In this document: in pieces, positions 35,503-45,910 of the stretch
Position numbering within the stretch: position 1 is the stretch's first letter
Layout of the letters: each line of letters opens with the position of its first letter
From: an uncultured Alphaproteobacteria bacterium
Lineage (GTDB): Bacteria; Pseudomonadota; Alphaproteobacteria; Rs-D84; CACZYB01
Reading direction: 5' to 3'
Assembly (NCBI GenBank): GCA_944392955.1
Contig: CALXYK010000010.1
Span: forward strand, 22,758 to 86,757
Length of the DNA stretch: 64,000 bases
Position numbers and translations under genes: made by a program
Notes under the pieces: generated by a model
What the model saw: only the letters and a program-made list of their open reading frames with translations
Told to the model about the DNA's origin: nothing
The model's database searches: none

Positions 35503-36695
35503 CTAAATAACTCCATAATGTATTAAAAATGTTTTCCTTTTGTATTCTTATAACATTTTCCTTAATTTTATTTTTTTCTTCATCTTTATGAAGAATTAAA
35601 TATTCTAATATTTTTACTAAATTATTATTATCAATTCCGTTTCTGGCATCAAACATATAAGTTTCTTGTCCTAAATTTTGAGCCAACTCAATATATTTCA
35701 CCGCCCATCCAATAATTATGCAAGGAATATATTGTTTATATGCATGTACTATTGAATGAAATCTTGAAGAAATTAAAAAAATCAAAATTACTTAATAAAT
35801 TTGAAAAATCTATACAATTAAAATATTCATCAATAAATATAACATCTGAATTATCCTTAAAATATTCTTTTATATTTTTACAAATATCTATATCACATAA
35901 ATCATAATATGTTATATAAATCTGATATCCTTTACTTAATAACATTTTAATGCAATTTTGATAATTATCATATAATTTATTATTATCAGATCTTTCAAAC
36001 ACTCTTTTATTAGGGATAATTAAAACTTTTTTAGCAGAAGAATGAAAATTAAATGTTTTATTTATATTTTTCCTATAAATATGCTTGTAAGGCTTATTAG
36101 ATTCTAAAACTATGTCATTTGCAAGAACAATATTATTTAATCCATATGATTTTAACAAATCATAACCATCTTTTTCTCTACAAAATATTTTATCTACTGC
36201 TGATAAAATATTTATTAATTTTTTATTAGATACTGAAAAATTAAAAGGTCCAAACGATTGAGGTAATAAAAATATCTTTTTATTATATTTTTTAGCGATT
36301 TTAATTAAATCTAATAAACGTTTATTTGGTTTATTCCCCCATTGAGATGATAATGCATATCCGCTTATATCTAAAAAAACATCATTATTTTTATAAATAT
36401 TAACAAAATCGTATTGAGCTAATTTTCTTTTGTTATTTGTTAGAGAATATATTACTTTTTTTAGTTTGAATACTAAATATTTAAAAAAGCTTAATGAAGC
36501 ATCAGATAAGTTTTTATTTTCTTTAACTATTGTTATATTATCAAAATCATTTATGTTTATTTTCTCAAATCCATGCAGACATAATACTGTAATTTTAGAG
36601 TTTTCATCTCTATTTTTTATTTCAGTTATTAAAGTATAAAGCATAGATTCTGCCCCTTTGTTGGCAAAACCCGCTCCTGTTATTAAATATCTCAT
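35495..36695 (-). pseudogene. Polysaccharide pyruvyltransferase family gene, frameshifted at a T7 tract
   Basis: NKGAESM, QSFGPF, REK, and ISSRFHS in a second frame; removing one T at 35775-35781 joins both ORFs. Confidence 0.82.
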
Positions 36696-36710
36696 TAAAA
36701 TTTCTCCTTT

Positions 36711-37814
36711 TTATAACTCCATATTTAAAACTCTTTCTATCGCCTTGTCCATATCGTAGTATTTATAATCACCCAGGCGACCTAGGAATGTTATCTTATT
36801 ATCTTTTTTTATTTCTTTCAAATACTTTTTATATAATTCTTGATTTTCATCTTTGATTATTGGGTAATACCTTTCATTTTTACCCAAAACAAATGCTTCG
36901 GGATATTCAAATGAAACTATTGTTTTCCTTGATTTATCATTAAGGAAATATTTATATTCCCCTATTCTTGTAAATGTATAATTTTCCGGATAATTTATTA
37001 CGGAATTAGACTGATAGTATTCTGTATTAAATTTTTGAAAATCTAAATTTATACTGCGATATGGTAGTTGCCCATATTTGTAATTGAAATATTCATCTAT
37101 TGCTCCGGTATAATAGATTTTATCATATTTATCAACATTTGTAAAATCTTTAAAATCTTTGTTTAAAGAAACTTTTATCAATGGATGTTTTAACATATTT
37201 TCCATCATAGATGTATAACCTTTTAATGGAATACCCTGATATTTATTTTGAAAATATCTATCATCTTTACTTATATAAACAGGAACACGACCAGTTACAA
37301 GTGGATCTAACTCCTCTGGTTTTAATCCCCATTGTTTCAAAGTATAATCTAAAAAAACTCTTTTATACACATAATCTGCTAAAAAAGTTAAGTCTTTATC
37401 TTTACTTTCTCTTAACTCTAATATTGGAACTTTTTTACCAAAGCCGAATTTTGCAATTAACTTTTCTTCTAATTTTTCTGCTAAACATTTTGGGAATAAA
37501 AGATTTATAGAATTTAAATTGAATGGAACTGGAACTTCTTTGCCTTCTATTATTGCTTTTACTTTGTGCATATATGGGTGCCATTTTGTAAATTTTGATA
37601 AAAAATCCCAGACATATTTATTATCTGTATGGAAAATATGTGTACCATATTTATGAACACAAATACCATCTTCGTAATAATCGTAGCAATTACCACCAAT
37701 ATTATTTCTTTTATCTATTATTAAAACAGATTCTTGTTTTTCTTCGGCAATTTTTCTGGCAAGTGTGATGCCTGTTATTCCACAACCTACAATTAAGTTT
37801 TTAGAGTTTTTCAT
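36711..37814 (-). CDS. glf: UDP-galactopyranose mutase
   Basis: HKYGTHIFHT, LPYRS, YYP, GRLGDYKYYDMD. Confidence 0.96.
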   Translation of the reverse strand: MKNSKNLIVGCGITGITLARKIAEEKQESVLIIDKRNNIGGNCYDYYEDGICVHKYGTHIFHTDNKYVWDFLSKFTKWHPYMHKVKAIIEGKEVPVPFNLNSINLLFPKCLAEKLEEKLIAKFGFGKKVPILELRESKDKDLTFLADYVYKRVFLDYTLKQWGLKPEELDPLVTGRVPVYISKDDRYFQNKYQGIPLKGYTSMMENMLKHPLIKVSLNKDFKDFTNVDKYDKIYYTGAIDEYFNYKYGQLPYRSINLDFQKFNTEYYQSNSVINYPENYTFTRIGEYKYFLNDKSRKTIVSFEYPEAFVLGKNERYYPIIKDENQELYKKYLKEIKKDNKITFLGRLGDYKYYDMDKAIERVLNMEL

Positions 37815-37838
37815 TTTTAATATCCTCTCATATAATCT

Positions 37839-38702
37839 TTAAAATGTTATTTTTTTTAGTATTGGAATTATACCAAATAATTTATAATGTTTTTCTGTTT
37901 CCCATTCATAAACTTTTAATATTGTTATACCAAATATTATAAATTTATGTTTCCTTTTAAGTTGTAATTTAAATGGAATTTTAATATTATTTTCCTTTAC
38001 AAAATTTAGCATATAGTCCTTTGCCCAAATATGATCCATTCTTTTAAAATTATTTAAAGTGTTTACTATGGAATTTGGATTTGCTCTATAATAATAAAAA
38101 GCACCTGGAACCGCGATAATATTATTTAATTTAGAAATTATATCTATTGAAAATGGGACATCTTCAAAATATTTACCTTGTTCAAATCTTATATTATGTT
38201 TAAGTAGTTTAGAAGATCTATATATTTTATTCCAAACATAACAACATCTAGGGATATTTAAAATATCAAATTTTTCCTGTAATGTAGTTGCAAGTTGTTC
38301 ACTTTCTATTTTTAAACGTAAATGAATTTTGTTTCCATAAACTCTTTTTATAGGGGCACATGCAATATCTGAATTTGTTGTAATTGCAGTATTATATAAG
38401 TTTTTATAAAAATTTGAGTCTATCCAATCATCCGAATCTACAAAACCAATAAATTCCCCTGTTACATTTTCTATTCCTGTATTTCTTGCTCCTGATAATC
38501 CTTTGTTTTCTTGGTTGATAACTTTTATCCTTTTATCTTTTTTTGCATATTCCTCTAAAATACTTAAAGAATTATCTGTGGAGCCATCATTTACACAGAT
38601 TATTTCTATATCTTTTAATGTTTGGTTTATTACACTATCCAAACATTCGCTTAGATATTTTTCTACATTATATACCGGTATTATTACACTTACCTTAGGC
38701 AT
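37839..38702 (-). CDS. GT2 glycosyltransferase (copy 5)
   Basis: VIIPVYN, DGSTD, FVDSDD, FED. Confidence 0.92.
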   Translation of the reverse strand: MPKVSVIIPVYNVEKYLSECLDSVINQTLKDIEIICVNDGSTDNSLSILEEYAKKDKRIKVINQENKGLSGARNTGIENVTGEFIGFVDSDDWIDSNFYKNLYNTAITTNSDIACAPIKRVYGNKIHLRLKIESEQLATTLQEKFDILNIPRCCYVWNKIYRSSKLLKHNIRFEQGKYFEDVPFSIDIISKLNNIIAVPGAFYYYRANPNSIVNTLNNFKRMDHIWAKDYMLNFVKENNIKIPFKLQLKRKHKFIIFGITILKVYEWETEKHYKLFGIIPILKKITF

Positions 38703-39717
38703 GTTTATTTCTCCTTTTAATCTTTATTTTTAAGCCACACAATGTAATTATTTTGAATTGTTTATCGCAAGAATTTTTTATTGAAAATATACTTTGTAAA
38801 AAAGAACGATTGTGAAAAAGTATTAAATTTCTGTAATGTTTACTTAAACCCATTTTATCAAATCCATTATTTAATAAATATTCTAATACAATATTATATT
38901 CATTTTCATAATGACTTATAGTATGTAAATTATGTCTACATGTATCCACTACTAAATTAAAATAACTTTTTTTTACACATCCATAAACATGATGGGATAT
39001 TAAAAAATCTCTTAATGAAGTCAATGCCATTGTGAAATCTAATGGGAATTTATAATTAGTACTTTGTGAATTATTTTTTATTCCTATTCTATAACATACC
39101 AAATAATCACTAATAACTGAAATTTTTTTAGCAACAATTAAAGATGCCGAAGTAAAATATAAATCATTGGTTCTATAAATTTCTTGAAATTTTAAATTAT
39201 TATCATTTACAAAAGAGGTTTTTAATAATTTATTCCAACTACAATTATCAAAAATATTAAAAATTTTATTGGGAATATCCTCATAATTAAAAACTTTTTT
39301 GTGTATAAATTTATTGATGTTTCGTGCATTTATATATTTTCCTGTGGATGTACAAAAGTATTTAAAATTACATATGGCAATATCTGAATTAATATTTATA
39401 GCATTGTCATATAACTTTTCTAACATATCTAATTCAAAAAAATCATCAGAATCTAAAAAACTAAGATAGTCGCCTTTTGCAACTTCTAAACCTTTGTTTC
39501 TTGCCGCACCTGCACCTAAATTTTTTTGTTTAATAATCTTTATCCTTTTATCTTTTTTTGCATATTCTTCTAAAATACTTAAAGAATTATCTGTGGAGCC
39601 GTCATCTATACATATTATTTCTATATCTTTTAATGTTTGGTTTATTACACTATCCAAACATTTGCTTAGATATTTTTCTACGTTATATACTGGTATTATC
39701 ACGCTTACCTTAGGCAT
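38695..39717 (-). CDS. GT2 glycosyltransferase (copy 4)
   Basis: GT2 motifs; MPK start chosen from AGGAG spacing. Confidence 0.92.
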   Translation of the reverse strand: MPKVSVIIPVYNVEKYLSKCLDSVINQTLKDIEIICIDDGSTDNSLSILEEYAKKDKRIKIIKQKNLGAGAARNKGLEVAKGDYLSFLDSDDFFELDMLEKLYDNAININSDIAICNFKYFCTSTGKYINARNINKFIHKKVFNYEDIPNKIFNIFDNCSWNKLLKTSFVNDNNLKFQEIYRTNDLYFTSASLIVAKKISVISDYLVCYRIGIKNNSQSTNYKFPLDFTMALTSLRDFLISHHVYGCVKKSYFNLVVDTCRHNLHTISHYENEYNIVLEYLLNNGFDKMGLSKHYRNLILFHNRSFLQSIFSIKNSCDKQFKIITLCGLKIKIKRRNKHA

Positions 39718-40792
39718 GTTCATTTCTCCTTTTAATCTTTATTTTTAAGCCGAACAATGTAATTATTTTATGCTTTGCATCACTAGAATTTTTTATTGAA
39801 AATATATATTCTACAAATTTAAGATTTTTTGTATAAAAGTATTTTTTTAACTTATCAATGTCTTTTGATAATAAAATATCATAGAATCTATATCTAATTA
39901 GTTTACTATCTGGATATTTATATTTAGATAGTATATCTATAGATTTATCAATTGCATGCTTAACAATATTAACATTATTACAACAAAAAAAACTTTCCCA
40001 AGAGTGTTCTAATCCTTTATATATTGTTGAGAAAAATAATCTATCATATTTATCTTTATTATTTATATTTTTATTAAAGAAATCTAATGTATCTAGTCTA
40101 CTATTTAACTTGGAATTTATTTGCGCAATTAATTCTTTTTCTGATAAAATTTTATGAGATGTAGAATTTTCTCTTAATCTATAAGTATAATAAGCATCAT
40201 TGACTAGTACAAAATTATTGGCAATAGAGACAAATTTATATAAAAAAGTCACGTCCTCTAACCATCTTATATTTGCAAACTTAATATTATATTTATCTAT
40301 CAAATCTTTTCTATAAATAATAGACAGCCAACTAGATGCCAAATTTTTATAAGGAATTTTAGTAATTTTTGATGCCTTCGCTATTTTTAAATTTGTATTT
40401 GTAAATTTTATTTTTTGTTTTTTTTGATATAGTTGCTTTAAATCTCCTTTGATAAAATCATACTTATTTATTTTAGATTTATTATATAATTTTTTAAAAA
40501 AATCTAAATCCACATAATCATCAGAATCTACAAAACCAATATATTCTCCCTTTGCAACTTCTAAACCTCTATTCCTTGCGACTCCTGCACCTAAATTTTT
40601 TTGTTTAATAACCTTTATCCTTTTATCTTTTTTTGCATATTCTTCTAAAATATTTAATGAATTATCAGTAGAGCCGTCATCTATACATATTATTTCTATA
40701 TCTTTTAATGTTTGGTTTATTACACTATCCAAACATTCTCTTAGATATTTTTCTACATTATATACCGGTATTATTACACTTACCTTAGGCAT
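39710..40792 (-). CDS. GT2 glycosyltransferase (copy 3)
   Basis: GT2 motifs, FVDSDD, LED. Confidence 0.92.
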   Translation of the reverse strand: MPKVSVIIPVYNVEKYLRECLDSVINQTLKDIEIICIDDGSTDNSLNILEEYAKKDKRIKVIKQKNLGAGVARNRGLEVAKGEYIGFVDSDDYVDLDFFKKLYNKSKINKYDFIKGDLKQLYQKKQKIKFTNTNLKIAKASKITKIPYKNLASSWLSIIYRKDLIDKYNIKFANIRWLEDVTFLYKFVSIANNFVLVNDAYYTYRLRENSTSHKILSEKELIAQINSKLNSRLDTLDFFNKNINNKDKYDRLFFSTIYKGLEHSWESFFCCNNVNIVKHAIDKSIDILSKYKYPDSKLIRYRFYDILLSKDIDKLKKYFYTKNLKFVEYIFSIKNSSDAKHKIITLFGLKIKIKRRNEHA

Positions 40793-41780
40793 GTTCATTT
40801 CTCCTTTTAATCTTTATTTTTAAGCCGAACAATGTAATTATTTTATGTTTTTTATCATCTGAATTCCTTATGGAAAATATATTTTGAGAAATAAATTTTA
40901 AAAGTAAATGGTTATAAACTTTTTGAACTAAATTCGCCTTATAAATTAATTCATAATCTATTGATTTTATGGTTTTATATAATTGTGTAGTAAAAATATC
41001 TTTCAATGTGAATATTTTAAAATGTTGATATAACCTTTCGTATGTTAAGCAATAAAGTATATCAAGTTTATGTTTTTTCGCAAAATTAAAATTATCCGTA
41101 ATTCCTTTTAATAAATCTCTTTTCTTTTTTGTTGTCCATATAACATCTTTATGTCCTATTCTAAAAAGATATGTGATTTTTGAAATTGCATAAAATTGTT
41201 TAGCCTTATACATTGCCTTTACAAAAAAAGGCGGATCTTGAAATCGCTTATAATCAGGAAACAAAAGTTTATTTTTAACTAAAAAATCCCTATTATAAAT
41301 AAATCTGTGATACCCATAATCAAATTGATATTCCTTATATTTTATAATTTTATCCTGGTTAAATATATATCCAAAAAATGTTTTATTAAGAGAAGATTTA
41401 ATTTCTCCATTAAATAAATGACTGAAACTTCCGCCACAAATTAATACCTTATGTTTTTTGGCATTAGTATACAAAATTTTTAAAATATCATTTGTTGGAT
41501 AATAATCATCAGAATCAAGGAATATTACAAATTCACCTTTGGCAATTTTTATTCCTTTGTTTCTTGCTACACCTGCACCTAAATTTTTTTGTTTAATAAC
41601 CTTTATCCTTTTATCTTTTTTTGCATATTTCTCTAAAATACTTAAAGAATTATCTGTGGAGCTGTCATCTATACATATTATTTCTATATCTTTTAATGTT
41701 TGGTTTATTACACTATCCAAACATTCACTTAGATATTTTTCTACATTATATACCGGTATTATTACACTTACCTTAGGCAT
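40785..41780 (-). CDS. GT2 glycosyltransferase (copy 2)
   Basis: GT2 motifs, FLDSDD, FQDPPF. Confidence 0.92.
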   Translation of the reverse strand: MPKVSVIIPVYNVEKYLSECLDSVINQTLKDIEIICIDDSSTDNSLSILEKYAKKDKRIKVIKQKNLGAGVARNKGIKIAKGEFVIFLDSDDYYPTNDILKILYTNAKKHKVLICGGSFSHLFNGEIKSSLNKTFFGYIFNQDKIIKYKEYQFDYGYHRFIYNRDFLVKNKLLFPDYKRFQDPPFFVKAMYKAKQFYAISKITYLFRIGHKDVIWTTKKKRDLLKGITDNFNFAKKHKLDILYCLTYERLYQHFKIFTLKDIFTTQLYKTIKSIDYELIYKANLVQKVYNHLLLKFISQNIFSIRNSDDKKHKIITLFGLKIKIKRRNEHA

Positions 41781-42858
41781 TTTTAGATCTCCTTTTAATC
41801 TTTATTTTTAAGCCGAACAATGTAATTATTTTATGCTTTGCATCACTAGAATTTGTAAATGAAAGAATAAATCTAAATAATAATTTTAGCATAATATACA
41901 AATAAAAAACGAAGATATTAGAAACTAACAAATGAATTTTCTTTAAATCTTTCTTTCTAAATAAATTTTCATCAATTTCATTATTATTATAACCTTCTTT
42001 AAATTCTTTTGAAAATACTTTTATAAATTCCTTTTTAAATTTTTTATCTATTCTATTAAATGTAAACATATAATTATTATATTTTTTTACCCAATATATG
42101 CCTAGAAACTTTGATTTTAAATTTTCATTTTTTTCTAATATATTTCTTATATAATCGTATTCATTTTTCATAGCATAAACTTTATTTTTATTTTTTATTG
42201 AAGAATTTGGATTATCTCTTCTATTCATATAAAATGGAATATTTAAAATATATATCTTTGTTGCATACATAAATGTTTGAAAATAAAAACCATTATCTTG
42301 GTAAGAAGCACCTGGTGTTTCATTATGTCTTATATGATTTTTATTTATGAAATCAGTTTTATATATACCACTCCAAGTATGCATTATAAAGTTGAAAGTA
42401 TTTAAATCATTTTGTGGGTTTAATATTTTATTATAGTATGTATTTGTATTATCTAAGTGATTATAAAATAAAACTTTATCTTTGCCCGAACCTGTAAAAC
42501 GATAGAAGTCTGCCTTTATAAAATCTAAATCATATTCTGTGGCTTTATTATATAAGCTTTCATACATATCTAATTTTATATAATCATCTGGTTCTACTAT
42601 ACCTATATATTCTCCTGTCGCATTATCAATACCAACATTCATAGTATGTCCATAGCCACTATTTGCTTTATTTATAATCTTTATCCTTTTATCTTTTTTT
42701 GCATATTCTTCTAAAATACTTAATGAACTATCAGTAGAGCCGTCATTTACACATATTATTTCTATATCTTTTAATGTTTGATTTATTACACTATCCAAAC
42801 ATTCTCTTAGATATTTTTCTACGTTATATACTGGTATTATTACACTTACCTTAGGCAT
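41773..42858 (-). CDS. GT2 glycosyltransferase (copy 1)
   Basis: GT2 motifs, IVEPDD, ETPGASYQD. Confidence 0.92.
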   Translation of the reverse strand: MPKVSVIIPVYNVEKYLRECLDSVINQTLKDIEIICVNDGSTDSSLSILEEYAKKDKRIKIINKANSGYGHTMNVGIDNATGEYIGIVEPDDYIKLDMYESLYNKATEYDLDFIKADFYRFTGSGKDKVLFYNHLDNTNTYYNKILNPQNDLNTFNFIMHTWSGIYKTDFINKNHIRHNETPGASYQDNGFYFQTFMYATKIYILNIPFYMNRRDNPNSSIKNKNKVYAMKNEYDYIRNILEKNENLKSKFLGIYWVKKYNNYMFTFNRIDKKFKKEFIKVFSKEFKEGYNNNEIDENLFRKKDLKKIHLLVSNIFVFYLYIMLKLLFRFILSFTNSSDAKHKIITLFGLKIKIKRRSKNA

Positions 42859-43768
42859 TTTTAGACCTCCTGAATCTCCTTTCCATTAGCATAAATTTTA
42901 TTTTTTGGAATAATGATGCCTTTTGAAAAAAGGTTTGTTTAAAATCATTATAAAATTCGGTATGCCGAGCATAAGACCACCACATATCAGCACATTTAGT
43001 CAATTTATTCCATGGATTATAATTAATAAAATGATATATAATTCCGTTATTTTTTGCCTCGTTAAATTCTTGCTTAGTTAAAATTCCTTCGTTAATCATT
43101 TTGTGATATTTATGAGTTGAACGAGGCGTAAAATTATATTTCAATGGTAAAAATTTAATTCTGTTTCTGCAAACTAAATTCAAGATATCTTGATCTTTAT
43201 AATTGAATTCATATTGTGTTTGTGCAATAAGTTTTTGATAATAATTATCATTTCTTATGGATTTCAAATTTAGTAATAAGACTCCTGAATTTATATAATC
43301 ACCTCTTTTGACTTTGTTGGCAAAGATTTTTATCATCTTTCGTTTCCATGGACGTTTTAAATTAAGTCCATCCTTTGCACCATATAGCAAAGTATCCTTC
43401 ATATCTATATTATACAAACTTGATAATTCATCATTGAAAACAACATCAATATCACAATATATGATTTTATCAATATCTGGTAATAGTTTTGGTATTTGTA
43501 ATCTAAGATAAAAACCAACTTCTTTTTTATTTGCTAAGATATCTAAATCTTTGTCTGCATATAAAAATGTAATTACAGAAGATGAATCAAGTTGCTTTAC
43601 TAAACCACTTATATATTTTGTCATAGAAGATGTAATGTCATTTGAAACAACAGCATATATATTATATGAACATTTTCCCTTTGACACATTTAGTAAAGAA
43701 GACAATGCCACACAAAAATGTTTCCATAAATTTTTATCAAAGCAAAATGCGATATTTACTTTTTGCAT
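42851..43768 (-). CDS. GT8 glycosyltransferase
   Basis: IIYCDID, YINSGVLL, DQDILN, HF..PW. Confidence 0.9.
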   Translation of the reverse strand: MQKVNIAFCFDKNLWKHFCVALSSLLNVSKGKCSYNIYAVVSNDITSSMTKYISGLVKQLDSSSVITFLYADKDLDILANKKEVGFYLRLQIPKLLPDIDKIIYCDIDVVFNDELSSLYNIDMKDTLLYGAKDGLNLKRPWKRKMIKIFANKVKRGDYINSGVLLLNLKSIRNDNYYQKLIAQTQYEFNYKDQDILNLVCRNRIKFLPLKYNFTPRSTHKYHKMINEGILTKQEFNEAKNNGIIYHFINYNPWNKLTKCADMWWSYARHTEFYNDFKQTFFQKASLFQKIKFMLMERRFRRSKNA

Positions 43769-44694
43769 TTCATGTTTTCCTTTATTTTTGTAATATATTT
43801 ATAGATGATTTTATCTTCTATATCGTTTTTATCATTTTTTTTGAATGCATCTATAGTATATGGTTTATTTAATCTTAAAACATTGCCTCTTTGTATTTTT
43901 AAGATAAATTCTTCTTCACTTTTACAATAATAATGGTTGATTCTGATTTTATTTATTGTAAATGGATTATTTTTATGACTATAAATTTTTCGGTAATTTT
44001 CATCAACCGAAACAAATTTTCCAAAACTATATGGAATATGTGCATCCATACCAATAACTAACCTTGGATTTATTATTGATTTAACCTCTTTATTTCTGGG
44101 GAAATCATCATTTGCCCTTTTTGTAAATCGTTCGGTTAACAAGCCATCGGTTTTAGTTTTATGCCCATTACTACCATACATAACCCAATGAATGCTTAGC
44201 CCTGCATATCCATCATAATCATTTAAAACCTCGGGTATAGTGTTTTTTTCTACTGGAATAACAAATTCATCCGTATCAATGAAACCCAACCATTTTGTAT
44301 CATATCTATGTTTAAATAATGCATCATTATAAACTGGTCTTTGTGGTGATTTTCCTAGCCATTTAGTGTAATCTACAAGACCTTCGGTTATATATGGTAA
44401 TAAGACCTCATACAAATTATCAGACGAATCATTGTCATATACATAAAATTTTTCGACACCAACAATTTTATGATATTCTATCCATTCTTTAATATAATTT
44501 GCTTCGTTTTTTATACAAATTACAAATGCTAAATTATATTTAAACTTACGAGATTTTTCTACCTTAGCATTATGTAAAACAACTTTAATATTTTTTAGAT
44601 ATTGGATAAAAAATCCATCCCTTATTATATGCCTTAAACTTCTGGACCAAACAAAGCCACAGATTAAATTTCTTAATGACTTGTTTATATTCAT
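43756..44694 (-). CDS. GT92 / GT2-like glycosyltransferase
   Basis: IKNEANYIKEWIEYH, YDNDS, FIDTDEF, INHY; TAATG-coupled start. Confidence 0.85.
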   Translation of the reverse strand: MNINKSLRNLICGFVWSRSLRHIIRDGFFIQYLKNIKVVLHNAKVEKSRKFKYNLAFVICIKNEANYIKEWIEYHKIVGVEKFYVYDNDSSDNLYEVLLPYITEGLVDYTKWLGKSPQRPVYNDALFKHRYDTKWLGFIDTDEFVIPVEKNTIPEVLNDYDGYAGLSIHWVMYGSNGHKTKTDGLLTERFTKRANDDFPRNKEVKSIINPRLVIGMDAHIPYSFGKFVSVDENYRKIYSHKNNPFTINKIRINHYYCKSEEEFILKIQRGNVLRLNKPYTIDAFKKNDKNDIEDKIIYKYITKIKENMKCKK

Positions 44695-45425
44695 TATATC
44701 CTCCAAAAATTTTCCATCCATTTAGTTGGTTTTACATGACGAAAGCCAAATTTTCCCGTGTAGCCCTTAAATGCCTCCTCTGGATTGGGATGTCCATGGA
44801 ATATTAAGATTTTTGTTTCCTTTGGCAATATTGGAGATAAAAACCAATTTAGTGGGAAAGGTCTTAAACAATGTCTTTTGAAACTTACACACCAATTTTT
44901 TTTCCAATATTTCAATATTCCCTTTTGTTTCATAGCATAAGAAAGATATGCCTGTTCATTTCGGAACTGGGCTCTGATTTGAAAGCGGTTTTCTTCAAAA
45001 TAGTCTACAATATCTGGATATTTACCAACCTTAAACCTAAACACCGAAGAATTCCCAATATAATTTTTAAAATCCCAATCTTTGATTATTAAAAAATCAC
45101 CCTTTTCTTTGAAAAAATCATCTATGTTTTTCAAAATAAGCACATCTAAATCTAAGAATAAGGCATCACCTTCTAAATCACCTAAATTTTTTCTGAATAT
45201 ACCCAATTTGTTCCAGCCCCTTTCTGGACCAGGTTCAAAACAAACCTTTGGCAAAGGAAAAACTTCTATATTTTTATTCAAGCCTTTTGCATCATCTGTA
45301 AAGCAAACAAATCTATGTGGTAATGTAAGATTTTTTTCCACCATATCATACAATCTGTTAACATATTGAGGACCGAATTTTGTCCCCCATTTCATACAGA
45401 CAATATTCCTTTTGCATTTTACCAT
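44694..45425 (-). CDS. DxD-type glycosyltransferase of unassigned family
   Basis: CMKWGTK, FVCFTD, FLDLDV, NSSV, FHGHPNP. Confidence 0.75.
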   Translation of the reverse strand: MVKCKRNIVCMKWGTKFGPQYVNRLYDMVEKNLTLPHRFVCFTDDAKGLNKNIEVFPLPKVCFEPGPERGWNKLGIFRKNLGDLEGDALFLDLDVLILKNIDDFFKEKGDFLIIKDWDFKNYIGNSSVFRFKVGKYPDIVDYFEENRFQIRAQFRNEQAYLSYAMKQKGILKYWKKNWCVSFKRHCLRPFPLNWFLSPILPKETKILIFHGHPNPEEAFKGYTGKFGFRHVKPTKWMENFWRI

Positions 45426-45723
45426 AGATAATCTCCTTACATAAAAATAAAATATTTTGGGTTGTGGTAGAATTATCCTATCTTAATATATTGAATAATC
45501 TTAAATTTTAAATCAAAGATAAATACAAGCCACACGGCAGAGAATATATACCTAAACCTTATATTTTGCAACTACTTTTTCTTAAAATACAAAAATGCTT
45601 GTTAAATATTTTGTTTTGTAAATTTATTAAGTCAAACAATGTTTATAAGATATTAAATAAAACCTTTAAAAATATAAGGTTTTTGATGAAATTTAATAAA
45701 AAAAGCCTCATTTAGAGGACTTT

Positions 45724-45738
45724 CTGATTTTTGGTGGC
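45724..45738. repeat. att-like 15-bp copy of the tRNA-Met 3' end
   Basis: CTGATTTTTGGTGGC identical to 50290-50304; both copies are followed on the minus strand by a hairpin and T-tract. Confidence 0.7.
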
Positions 45739-45910
45739 TATTAAAGGATTAGTTTACTAGATTTCTATAAAATGAAATAAATTCTCATTCTAATCTATAC
45801 ATTATTACTTTACCTAACCCAACATACTATAAAAACTCATATTAAAAATCTATTTAGATTACCATTAATAATATTTCTATAAGAATAAATCTTTGATATA
45901 TTAATTTTAT

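Noticed and set aside
40785-41780. DDSS instead of DDGS in one GT2 gene, and KVKKD instead of KVxRD in RnhB
   Set aside because: Single substitutions; their effect cannot be judged from sequence alone.
38518-42872. Repeats considered as a CRISPR array, integron attC sites or a DGR
   Set aside because: The repeats are coding and ~1 kb apart; there is no cas, integrase or reverse transcriptase, and variation is not adenine-specific.
45426-45560. ops/JUMPstart element in the glycan operon leader
   Set aside because: No GGCGGTAG-type match; only a promoter-like TTGCAA...TATATT.
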